Of a stretch of DNA of 64,000 nt, positions 53,687 through 62,569 are shown piece after piece. The notes under the pieces were generated by a model. The model was not told where the DNA came from. It saw nothing but the letters and a program-made list of their open reading frames with translations, and made no database searches. The stretch spans positions 108,543 to 172,542 of the forward strand of contig MEDZ01000009.1 of assembly GCA_001724275.1 (NCBI GenBank). The letters are read 5' to 3'. The position numbers and the translations under genes were made by a program. Origin of the DNA: Gemmatimonadetes bacterium SCN 70-22. GTDB lineage: Bacteria; Gemmatimonadota; Gemmatimonadetes; Gemmatimonadales; Gemmatimonadaceae. The stretch's first letter is position 1. Each line of letters begins with the position of its first letter.

Positions 53687-54721
53687 GTGACTACCCCCCA
53701 GAAGCCATCCGCGCGCGCTACGGCGCATGACGTCGCTGCCCGCGCCGGCGTCTCGCAGCCCACGGTCTCCCAGGTCCTGTCGGGGAACCCCAAGGCGCGC
53801 GTCTCCGCCGCCACCCGCACGCGCGTCCTGCGGGCCGCCGAGGAGCTGGGATATCGCCCGAACGTCCTGGCGCAGGGGCTCGTCAGGCGCCGGTCCTTCG
53901 CCCTGGGCGTCGTCGTCCCCGATCTCGCCAACCCATTCTTCGCGGCGGTGGTCAGCGGCGCCGAGAAGGTGGCCGCCAAGGCGGGCTACGCCGTCTTCCT
54001 GTGCGAGGCCGGCGAGACCTCCGCCGAAGATCACCTCGACGCCCTCAAGTCGCGGCAGATCGACGGCGTGATCCTCGACGCCGTCGGCGCGGCGGCGCTG
54101 ACACCCGAGGCGCTGTCCGGGATCAACGTCGTCCTGGTGGACGAGGCCCTGGAGCACTATCCCGGCATCGTGAGCGACGCCGAGCGCGCCGGGGAGGAGG
54201 CGGCGCGCCACCTCCTGTCGCTCGGCCACCGGCGACTCGCCTTCATCGGGCCAGCCGTCGACGCCAGTGCCTTCCGGTTGCGGGAGCGCGGCTTCACCCG
54301 GACGCTGCGCGCGGCCGGCGTGACGCTGGAGTCGCCATGCCTGCGACGCGCGAGCGCGACCGTGGCCGGCGGAATGCGCGGAATGCGCGAGCTGCTCGCC
54401 GTTCGCCCGCGCCCCACCGCCGTCTTCTGCGCCAACGACCTCGTCGCGCTCGGGGCGCTCAAGGCGTGCGCCCGGGCGCGTGTCGCCGTCCCGGGAGACG
54501 TCTCGGTCGTGGGATGCGACGACATCGAGCTGGCCCAGCTGGTGACCCCGGAGCTCACCACCATCGCCATCCCCGCGCGCGAGCTGGGGGCACGGGCGGC
54601 CCGCCTCCTCATCCGCGAGCTGTCGGGCGAGGCGGTTGCGGCTGGCGGCCAGCAGGGGCGTCCGCTCCCCGTGCGCCTCGTGCCACGAGGGACGACCGCC
54701 CCCGCGCCGGAGGGCGCATGA
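53687..54721 (+). CDS. LacI-family transcriptional regulator
   Basis: HTH ATAHDVAARAGVSQPTVSQVLSG, then a periplasmic-binding-fold sugar-type domain. GTG at 53687 is preferred; the ORF is open from the GTG at 53663 inside the palindrome. Confidence 0.85.
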   Translation: MTTPQKPSARATAHDVAARAGVSQPTVSQVLSGNPKARVSAATRTRVLRAAEELGYRPNVLAQGLVRRRSFALGVVVPDLANPFFAAVVSGAEKVAAKAGYAVFLCEAGETSAEDHLDALKSRQIDGVILDAVGAAALTPEALSGINVVLVDEALEHYPGIVSDAERAGEEAARHLLSLGHRRLAFIGPAVDASAFRLRERGFTRTLRAAGVTLESPCLRRASATVAGGMRGMRELLAVRPRPTAVFCANDLVALGALKACARARVAVPGDVSVVGCDDIELAQLVTPELTTIAIPARELGARAARLLIRELSGEAVAAGGQQGRPLPVRLVPRGTTAPAPEGA

Positions 54722-55761
54722 GCGCCGTGCGCCACGTCGTGCGCCACGCCGTGCGCCACGCCGTCATCACGGGGACGGGGAGCCACGTCCCCGCGCGCGT
54801 CGTGCGCAACGCCGAGCTGGAGCGCATCCTCGGCGTGCCGGTGGACCCCTTCGTGTCGGAGACGCTGGGAATTCGCGAGCGACACTTCTGCGCGCCTGAC
54901 GAGTCCACGGTCGACCTGTGCGTCCCGGCGGCGCGCCAGGCGCTGGCGGCCGCGGGGCTCACGGCCGCCGACATCGACCTCCTCATCGTCGCTACCGACA
55001 CCCCCGAGTACATCTCGCCCGCCACCTCGTCGGTGCTGCACGGCCGGCTGGGCACCAGGCGTGCCGGGACCTTCGACGTGAACTGCGGCTGCGCCGGCTA
55101 CGTCACCGCCCTCGACATCGCCGCCAAGTTCATCCGCGCCGACGAGCGGTACGCACGCATCCTCGTCGTGGCGGCCTACGCGATGTCCAGGTTCCTGGAC
55201 CTGCACGACAAGAAGACCGCGACGATCTTCGCCGACGGCGCCGGCGCCACGGTGATCGAGGCGAGCGATCGTCCCGGCGTGCTCGCCAGCGAACTGTTTG
55301 CCGACGGGCGCTACTGCGAGGGGATGGGGGTGTTCGCCGGCGGGACGAAGGAGCCCATCACCGAGGAGGTGCTGCGCCACGGGGTGCGCAACAAGCTGCG
55401 CTTCGTGCAGAAGTACCCGAAGGAGGTGAACGAGGAGGGGTGGCCGCGCATCGTGCGGTCCGTCCTGGCGCGCGCCGGACGCGAGGTGGCGCAGGTGGAC
55501 CTCTGGCTGTGGACGCAGGTGAACCTCTCGACGATCCGCGTCGTGATGGAGCAGCTCGGGGTCCCGATGGACAGGGCACACACGGTGATGGGGAAGTGGG
55601 GGTACACGGGGGCGGCGTGCATCCCGATGGCGCTCGACGACGCGGTGCGCGCGGGGCGCGTGGCTGCGGGCGACCTGGTGATGATGACGGGGTCGGGTGC
55701 GGGGCTGGCGATGGGGTGCGTCGCGCTCGAGTGGCGCCCGGGCCGTGCGGAGGGGAGGTGA
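54718..55761 (+). CDS. KAS III (FabH)-like thiolase-fold protein with non-canonical active-site residues
   Basis: FDVNCGCAGY aligns to the FabH Cys112 region. Positions matching HQAN and GNTSAAS read TQVN and GYTGAAC. The ATG overlaps the LacI stop (ATGA). Confidence 0.85.
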   Translation: MSAVRHVVRHAVRHAVITGTGSHVPARVVRNAELERILGVPVDPFVSETLGIRERHFCAPDESTVDLCVPAARQALAAAGLTAADIDLLIVATDTPEYISPATSSVLHGRLGTRRAGTFDVNCGCAGYVTALDIAAKFIRADERYARILVVAAYAMSRFLDLHDKKTATIFADGAGATVIEASDRPGVLASELFADGRYCEGMGVFAGGTKEPITEEVLRHGVRNKLRFVQKYPKEVNEEGWPRIVRSVLARAGREVAQVDLWLWTQVNLSTIRVVMEQLGVPMDRAHTVMGKWGYTGAACIPMALDDAVRAGRVAAGDLVMMTGSGAGLAMGCVALEWRPGRAEGR

Positions 55762-57593
55762 TGCGGCTCGACGGCACCGTCCCGGTCCTGTTCCGCGACC
55801 GTGTCGCGGCCTCGGGCGACGCGCGGGCCCTGGGCGAGTACGACCCGGCGACGGGCGGGGTGGCGAGGGGGCTCAGCTGGCGCGAGTGGCGCGAGGGGGC
55901 GCTCGACGTGGCGGCGGCCCTTGTTGCGGCTGGCGGCACGCCGGGCGCCACGGTCGCGATCCTGGCCGGGAACACGATCCTCTGGCCCCTCGCCGAGCTG
56001 GGGGCGCTCGAGGCGGGGATGGTGACGGTCGGGATCTACCCGACGGCGTCGGCGTCGCAGCTGCGCGAGCTCCTCCTCGACGCCGAGGCGGCGGTCCTCG
56101 TGGTCGACACGCCGGCGCAGCTGGACAAGGCGCGCCAGGCGGCGGAGGGGCTGGCCTCGCCCCTCCTGGTCGTGGCCGACGTGGCGCCCGCCCTGCTGCG
56201 CGATCCCGCCGCCCCGGCGGTGCGCGAGACGGGGTGGGCGGCGTTCGTCGCCGATGGACGCGAGGCGCGCGGGGCGGGGGCGGACGGCGACGTTGCCCGG
56301 CGGATGGCGGCACTTCGCCCCGACGACATCGCGATGCTGATCTACACGTCCGGGTCGACCGGGGTGGCCAAGGGGGCGCGCCTTTCGCACCGCACGGTGC
56401 TGGCGTCGGCGCAGTCGGTGCGCGACACGCTCGGCCTGACGAGCGGCGACTCCGCGCTCTCGTTCCTCCCCTTCTGCCACTCCGCCGAGCGGATATTCGG
56501 CCTCCACACGCGCATTGCCTGCGGGATGCCGGCGACGCTGGTGGGCGACCCGGCACACATCTGGGACGCCGGGGTGGCGGTGGCCCCATCGCTGTTCGGC
56601 GGCGTGCCGCGGCACTTCGAGAAGGTCTACGAGCGGCTCCTGGCCGCGCGCGGCGAGGTCACGGCGGCGGTGGCGGCGCGGTGGGATGCGGCGCTGGCGC
56701 TGGGGCGGGAGCGCGCGCGCCTGCGGCAGCGGGGGGAGGCCGTGCCGGCGTCGCTGGAGGGGCGGTGGCGCGCGGAGCGCGCGGTGATCGCCCCGGTCCT
56801 GGAGCGCCACTTCGGCCCGGCGTTGCGGCTGGCGACGTCGGGCGGGGCGGCGCTCCCGGCGGAAGTCGCGGAGTACCTCGACGCGTGCGGTGTCACCGTC
56901 CTGGGGGCGTATGGGCAGACCGAGCACCTGTGCGTCGCCTTCAACCGCCCGGAGCGGTACCGGCACGACGCGGTGGGGCTCCCGATGCCGGGGACCACGC
57001 TCCGGATTGCCCCTGACGGCGAGGTGCAGGTGCGCCGCTCGGCGCTCACCTTCTCGGGATACCACCGGCGCGACGCCGAGACGGCGGCGGCGTTCACCGA
57101 CGACGGCGCGTGGCTCCACACCGGCGACCTCGGGACGCTGGACGCCGAGGGCTTCCTCCGGATCACCGGGCGGTCGAAGGAGATGATCGTGCTCTCCAAC
57201 GGGAAGAAGGTGGCGCCGCTCCCGCTGGAAGCACGCCTGTGCGAGGGGGCACTCATCGAGCACGCGGTCGTGCACGGCGAGGGACGCCCCTACCTGGTCG
57301 CCCTCATCGCCCCCCGCTGGCCGCTCGTGACGCAGTGGCAGCGTGCCCGGGGGATCGCCGGGGACGCCGCGTCGCTGGTCCGCCACCCCGCGCTGCGCGA
57401 GGCGATCGGGCGCGAGGTGGCGCGCGTGAACGCCGACGTCTCGCGCCCGGAGCAGGTGCGCACGTTCGCCATCCTCCCGCATCCCCTCACCGTCGAGGCG
57501 GGAGAGCTCACCGCGACATTCAAGGTGCGGCGCGCCGCGGTGGCATCGCGCCATGCCGCGCTCATCGACGCGCTGTACGAGGAATCCCCATGA
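55761..57593 (+). CDS. AMP-forming acyl-CoA synthetase (long-chain-fatty-acid-CoA-ligase-like)
   Basis: LIYTSGSTGVAKGARLSH, AYGQTE, HTGDLGTLDAEGFLRITGRSKE, GKKVAP. The start overlaps the previous stop (TGATG). Confidence 0.85.
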   Translation: MRLDGTVPVLFRDRVAASGDARALGEYDPATGGVARGLSWREWREGALDVAAALVAAGGTPGATVAILAGNTILWPLAELGALEAGMVTVGIYPTASASQLRELLLDAEAAVLVVDTPAQLDKARQAAEGLASPLLVVADVAPALLRDPAAPAVRETGWAAFVADGREARGAGADGDVARRMAALRPDDIAMLIYTSGSTGVAKGARLSHRTVLASAQSVRDTLGLTSGDSALSFLPFCHSAERIFGLHTRIACGMPATLVGDPAHIWDAGVAVAPSLFGGVPRHFEKVYERLLAARGEVTAAVAARWDAALALGRERARLRQRGEAVPASLEGRWRAERAVIAPVLERHFGPALRLATSGGAALPAEVAEYLDACGVTVLGAYGQTEHLCVAFNRPERYRHDAVGLPMPGTTLRIAPDGEVQVRRSALTFSGYHRRDAETAAAFTDDGAWLHTGDLGTLDAEGFLRITGRSKEMIVLSNGKKVAPLPLEARLCEGALIEHAVVHGEGRPYLVALIAPRWPLVTQWQRARGIAGDAASLVRHPALREAIGREVARVNADVSRPEQVRTFAILPHPLTVEAGELTATFKVRRAAVASRHAALIDALYEESP

Positions 57594-58051
57594 CGAGACG
57601 GGTCGCGATCGGCGCGACGTTCTGCGCGACGTGCGGCATCGCCGCCGCCTACCTGTCCGCCTTCCTCCCCGGCGGGACGGAATGGGGGGCGTGGTGCATG
57701 GTCGCGGGGCTGGCGACGATGGTGGTGTCGCTGATGGTGCTGGGAGCGGTGCGCCGCAACGGTGGCGTGGGACGGATCGCGATCCCGCTGGCCATCACGT
57801 TCGTCGTGATCGTCGCGGGCTTCGGCGCCGCCCTCCTCCTCCCGCAGGAGGGGAGCGGGTCGCTCGTCGTCCTCGGGCTCCCCGTACGCGCGGCGCTCGT
57901 CCTGTACGGGATCGGGCTCGTGCCGCTGATCGTGCTCCCCCTGGCCTATGCCCGCACCTTCGACGACATGACGCTGCGCGAGGAGGACCTGGCGCGCGTG
58001 CGCGAGCTGGCGGCGGAGCACGCCGCGCGCCACGGGAGGGGCGAGCCCTGA
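57590..58051 (+). CDS. Small four-TM membrane protein (unknown function), coupled to the symporter
   Basis: 153 aa and hydrophobic. ATGA overlap upstream and TGATG overlap downstream. Confidence 0.7.
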   Translation: MTRRVAIGATFCATCGIAAAYLSAFLPGGTEWGAWCMVAGLATMVVSLMVLGAVRRNGGVGRIAIPLAITFVVIVAGFGAALLLPQEGSGSLVVLGLPVRAALVLYGIGLVPLIVLPLAYARTFDDMTLREEDLARVRELAAEHAARHGRGEP

Positions 58052-59568
58052 TGGCGCCGACCCTCGATGCCCTGCTCCAGGGAGGGGCGCTCGCGCTGCC
58101 GGCGCAGCCGACGATCGTCGCCGTCGCGCTGGTCTACTTCGCGATCGTCGCCGGGATCGGCGTCTGGGCCGCGCGCCGGACGCACAGCGCGAGCGACTTC
58201 TTCGTGGCCGGGCAGGGGATCGGCCTCTGGACGATGGCGATCGCGGCGATGGCCGCGACGCTGTCCGGCTTCGCCTTCATCGGCGGTCCGGGGCTGGTGT
58301 ACACGCTGGGGCTGGGCGCGGTCTTCATCATCCTCCCCATCGGCGTGACCGGTACGTTAGGCGCGTGGACCATGGCCAAGCGCGTCCGGCTGCTCGGGGA
58401 GCTGCGCGGGCTCATCACCGTCCCCGATGCCATCGACGCGCGCTTCGACTCCCGACTGGCCCGCGGGCTCTCGGCGGTGGCGATGCTGGTGGCGATCGTC
58501 GGCTACATGGCGACCAACATCCTGGCGCTCGGCCTGGTGATCGACGCGATCTTCGGCACCGGGCTCACGGCGGGGCTGTGGATCGGGATGGCGATCACGC
58601 TGGCGTACTCGGTGTCGGGGGGGATCCTGGCGGGCGTGTACACCGACCTCTTCCAGGGGGGGGTGATGGCGGCCGCGTCGGTCCTGGTCTTCGTGTACAC
58701 GCTCAAGGTGGGCGGGGGGGAAGCGGGCTTCGCCGCGACGATCCTCCCTGCCGATGCCCCCTTCCTGGCCCCCTGGGGGAAGATGACCCCGCTTGCCGCG
58801 CTCTCGTTCTTCTTCGTCTTCGGGATCGGGTCGTTAGGGCAGCCGCACGTGGTGCACAAGTTCTACATGCTGCGCGACCCGCGGAAGCTCAAGTGGTACC
58901 CGCTGATCATGGGATGGGCGATCGTGATCAGCCAGCTCCTCTTCATCGGGGTCGGGCTGGCGGTCAAGGCGTTGGTGGTGCGCGGGGAGATCGCCCCGCT
59001 GGCCCGGGCGGACGACGCCACGCCGACGTTCCTGCTCGGCTTCACGCCGCTGCTGCTGTCGGCGGTGGTCTTTGCCGGCGTCGCGGCGGCCATCATGAGC
59101 ACCGTGAACTCGTTCATGAGCGTCGGCGCTGCCGCCCTCACGCACGACCTCCCGCTGGCCCTCGGGCGGCGGGTGCGGAACGAGCTGTTCTGGGGGCGGG
59201 TGTCGACGGTGGCCATTTCGCTGGCCGCCACCGTGGTGGCCAGCCTCTCGGGGACGCTCGTCGCCTTCCTCGGGATCTTCGGCTGGGGATTGTTTGCCTC
59301 GACGCTCGTCCCGTCGCTGGCCATCGGGCTCAACTGGGCCGGGGCGACGCGCGCCGGCGCGATCGCCTCCATCGCCACGGGGCTGGTGGTGACGCTGGTG
59401 TTCGAGACGCTGGCCTACCTCAAGGTCTTCACCTTCCCGGCCGGGGTGACCGCCACTGCCCTGGCCCTGGTGAGTTCGCTCCTGGTCTTCTTCGCGGTCT
59501 CGTGGCTCACGCGCGACTCCGCGGCGGCCACGCTCGCCGACGACATTCGCTTCGTGATGGACACATGA
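58051..59568 (+). CDS. Sodium:solute symporter (SSF) family transporter
   Basis: About 13 TM helices and the N-terminal signature ..ASDFFVAGQGIGLWTMAIAAMAATLSGFAFIGGPG.. Confidence 0.85.
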   Translation: MAPTLDALLQGGALALPAQPTIVAVALVYFAIVAGIGVWAARRTHSASDFFVAGQGIGLWTMAIAAMAATLSGFAFIGGPGLVYTLGLGAVFIILPIGVTGTLGAWTMAKRVRLLGELRGLITVPDAIDARFDSRLARGLSAVAMLVAIVGYMATNILALGLVIDAIFGTGLTAGLWIGMAITLAYSVSGGILAGVYTDLFQGGVMAAASVLVFVYTLKVGGGEAGFAATILPADAPFLAPWGKMTPLAALSFFFVFGIGSLGQPHVVHKFYMLRDPRKLKWYPLIMGWAIVISQLLFIGVGLAVKALVVRGEIAPLARADDATPTFLLGFTPLLLSAVVFAGVAAAIMSTVNSFMSVGAAALTHDLPLALGRRVRNELFWGRVSTVAISLAATVVASLSGTLVAFLGIFGWGLFASTLVPSLAIGLNWAGATRAGAIASIATGLVVTLVFETLAYLKVFTFPAGVTATALALVSSLLVFFAVSWLTRDSAAATLADDIRFVMDT

Positions 59569-59999
59569 CCATGCCGATGGCCACGCTGCAGGTGGGACAG
59601 ACCGCGGAGTTCAGCAAGACCGTCACGGAGAGTGACGTCACCCTCTTCGCGGGGATCACCGGAGACTTCAATCCCGCGCACGTCGACGAGGTGCGGGCCT
59701 CGGCGTCGCGCTTCGGCGGGCGCATCGCCCATGGCATGCTGTCGGCGGGCTTCATCTCGGCGTGCATCGCCATGCGGCTCCCGGGCCCCGGCGCGATCTA
59801 CCTGTCGCAGACGCTCAAGTTCACGCGGCCGGTCAGGATCGGCGACACGGTGACCGCGCGGGTGGAGGTCCTGGAATGGAATGAGGGGAAGCGGCGAGCG
59901 CGACTGCTGACCACCTGCCGCAACCAGCGAGGCGAGCTGGTGATCGAGGGCGAGGCGCTGGTGCTGGTGCCTGACGAGGCGGCCGGCGACGGCCGATGA
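59565..59999 (+). CDS. MaoC-like (R)-specific enoyl-CoA hydratase / dehydratase
   Basis: Hot-dog hydratase motif FAGITGDFNPAHVD..RIAHGML. The ATG overlaps the symporter stop (ATGA). Confidence 0.85.
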   Translation: MTMPMATLQVGQTAEFSKTVTESDVTLFAGITGDFNPAHVDEVRASASRFGGRIAHGMLSAGFISACIAMRLPGPGAIYLSQTLKFTRPVRIGDTVTARVEVLEWNEGKRRARLLTTCRNQRGELVIEGEALVLVPDEAAGDGR

Positions 60000-60093
60000 A
60001 GGTCCGGCGCGAGCCGGATGGTGTCGGGGACGGAGGGCGAGTGCCCAGCCGGCCGGAAGCAGGACGAGAAATCTCCCGAAGGAGGCATATCCG

Positions 60094-62565
60094 ATGAGAG
60101 TGACACGTGAGGTGCGGCGAGTCCTGATCGTTCTGGCCATCGTGGCAGCGATCCCGCTTGCCGCTCAGGGACAGGGTGGGCGCATCGTGGGGACCGTGTC
60201 GGATTCGGCGCGGCGTCCGCTCGAGAACGCGAGCGTGAGCGTGGTGGGGACGCGGCATGGTGCCTTCACCGACGCCAACGGCCGCTATGCGATCGCCAAC
60301 GTCCCGACGGGGCAGTACACCCTGCGGGTGCAGCGCATCGGCAGTCGTGCGCGCGAGGTGGCGGGCGTGTCGGTCACTGCCGGGGGGGCGACCGAGGTCG
60401 ACGTGACGCTCGAGGCGGCGCCGCTGCAGCTGGGGGGGGTCGTGATCTCGGCGTCGCGCCGGGTCGAGAAGCTCACCGACGCGCCGGCCACCGTCACGCG
60501 GCTGGAGGCGGCGCAGATCGCCAACTCCGTCGGCAACTCCTTCGCCCCGGCGCTCAAGGAGGTGAAGGGGATCGACTTCATCCAGGTGGGCGTCACGTCG
60601 GTGGCCATCAATGCGCGCGGCTTCAACTCGTCGTTCAACAATCGCATGCTGATGATGGAGGATGGGCGCATCGGTGTCCTCCCCGAGAACGGCCTCCCCG
60701 TCGGCGGCTTCACCACGATCCCGAAGGTCGACCTGGCCGGCGTCGAGGTCCTGATCGGTCCGGGGTCGGCGCTATACGGTCCCGACGCCTCGAACGGAGT
60801 CCTCACGCTGCAGACCAAGGATCCGAAGCAGTATCAGGGGACCACGGTGGAGGTGGCGGGCGGGTCGCACAGCTTCATGGACCTCCAGGCGCGCCACGCC
60901 GGCGTCACCACCAGCGGGACGTTCGGCTACAAGCTGAGCGGCGAGTACCTCTCGGCCAACGACTTCGAGAACCAGCTGCGCTATGCGGGAAACGTGCGTG
61001 AGCAGGGGATCGGGGGAAAGGTCGACTGGAAGACCGACGTCCTTCGCGCCGAGGGGGCGCTGGTGTACTATGGCGGCGACAATCGGGTGGAGCTCTCGCT
61101 CGGGAACAGCAAGTCGAACGGCGTGGGGCAGACCAACGTGGGGCGCAACCAGCTGGTGGATTGGCAGTACCGGCACGCGCAGCTCAAGTGGACGTCGCCG
61201 CGCTGGTATGCCAATACCTATTTCGCGCAGTCCCTGTCCGGCGACTCGTACGCCATCAACCGCTACTCCTCGGCGCGCCTCACGACCCCGCCGACGATCA
61301 GCGACGACTCCGTGGCAAAGCTCTCCGATTGGCCGGCCGACGGGCGGCTGATGGCGGCCGAGCTCCAGAACAACTTCACGCTGGCCCCGCTGGCCGACAC
61401 GCGGGTCGTGTGGGGGGCGCAGGTGAGGAAGGACCGGGTGAGCTCCGACCGCGAGTGGCTCAGCGACCGCGAGACGGGGAAGGACATCGTCGTCAACCAG
61501 GTGGGAGCGTACGGACAGACCGAGACGCCGCTTGGCGACGCGTGGCGCCTGATCCTGGCGGCGCGCCTGGACAAGCACGACCTGTACGACCAGCAGTTCT
61601 CGCCGAAGGCGGCGCTGACGTACACGCCGTGGAGCGACCAGACGTTCCGGGTCACGTTCAACCGTGCCTTCAAGTCGCCCACGCTCCTCAACACCGACTT
61701 CTCGGCCCCGGACTTCGTGAAGCTGGCGGCGGGGCTGGGAGGGTTCGGGGTGTTCGGCAACAAGGACGGCTACACGGTGCGGAACGCCGCCGGGACGACG
61801 GTGGCGACGTACCAGCCGCTCGAACCCGAGCGCAACACCACGTACGAGTTCGGCTACAAGGGGATCCTGCGGGACCGGCTGTTCATCGACGCCGCCTACT
61901 ACCGGTCGGACTACGAGCACTTCATCTCGCCGCTGGTGACGATCAACGCGCACCTGGCGGGGATGTTCGCCTACAACGCCAAGGGCGAGCGCGTGGAGTC
62001 GCCGAACGGGGCGCAGTCGGTGCTGACGTACCTCAACCTCGGCAAGGCGAAGCTCGAGGGGGTGGACGCGGGCGTGCGCTGGGTCTTCACCGACAACGTG
62101 GCCGCATCGGGGACGCTGAGCCTCACGAAGCTCGACCGCGTGGAGAAGAAGCCGACCGATCCGGCGGCGGTGGTCGAGGCGACCGCGCTCAACACGACGC
62201 CGGTCAAGTGGAACGTGGGGATGGACTTCAACTCGCCTGCCCGCAACCTGCTGGGCGGCTTCACCGTGCGCCACGTGACCGGGTACAACTTCCGGTCGGG
62301 GATCAACGCCGGTGTCATCCCGACGTTCGAGACGCTCGACCTCACCCTGGGGCGACGCCTCCCCTCGCTGGGGGCGCAGGTCAACGTGTCGCTGCAGAAC
62401 ATCGCCGCGTGCCGCAGCGGCGACTACGAGCTTCGCCTGGGGCAGGTCTCGCCCGGGACCCTGGTGCGCAAGCGCAGCTGCAACATCGGCTTGCGCCACC
62501 TCGAGATGATCAACATGCCGTCCATCGGCACGATGCTGTTCGTCGGTGTTCGCTACGACCGGTAG
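60094..62565 (+). CDS. TonB-dependent receptor with an N-terminal carboxypeptidase-regulatory-like domain
   Basis: GGAGG lies upstream of the ATG. Signal peptide, GTVSDSARRPLENASVSVVG..GRYAIANVPTG, plug (INARGFNSSFNNRMLMMEDG) and barrel, ending ..VGVRYDR. Confidence 0.85.
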   Translation: MRVTREVRRVLIVLAIVAAIPLAAQGQGGRIVGTVSDSARRPLENASVSVVGTRHGAFTDANGRYAIANVPTGQYTLRVQRIGSRAREVAGVSVTAGGATEVDVTLEAAPLQLGGVVISASRRVEKLTDAPATVTRLEAAQIANSVGNSFAPALKEVKGIDFIQVGVTSVAINARGFNSSFNNRMLMMEDGRIGVLPENGLPVGGFTTIPKVDLAGVEVLIGPGSALYGPDASNGVLTLQTKDPKQYQGTTVEVAGGSHSFMDLQARHAGVTTSGTFGYKLSGEYLSANDFENQLRYAGNVREQGIGGKVDWKTDVLRAEGALVYYGGDNRVELSLGNSKSNGVGQTNVGRNQLVDWQYRHAQLKWTSPRWYANTYFAQSLSGDSYAINRYSSARLTTPPTISDDSVAKLSDWPADGRLMAAELQNNFTLAPLADTRVVWGAQVRKDRVSSDREWLSDRETGKDIVVNQVGAYGQTETPLGDAWRLILAARLDKHDLYDQQFSPKAALTYTPWSDQTFRVTFNRAFKSPTLLNTDFSAPDFVKLAAGLGGFGVFGNKDGYTVRNAAGTTVATYQPLEPERNTTYEFGYKGILRDRLFIDAAYYRSDYEHFISPLVTINAHLAGMFAYNAKGERVESPNGAQSVLTYLNLGKAKLEGVDAGVRWVFTDNVAASGTLSLTKLDRVEKKPTDPAAVVEATALNTTPVKWNVGMDFNSPARNLLGGFTVRHVTGYNFRSGINAGVIPTFETLDLTLGRRLPSLGAQVNVSLQNIAACRSGDYELRLGQVSPGTLVRKRSCNIGLRHLEMINMPSIGTMLFVGVRYDR

Positions 62566-62569
62566 GACG

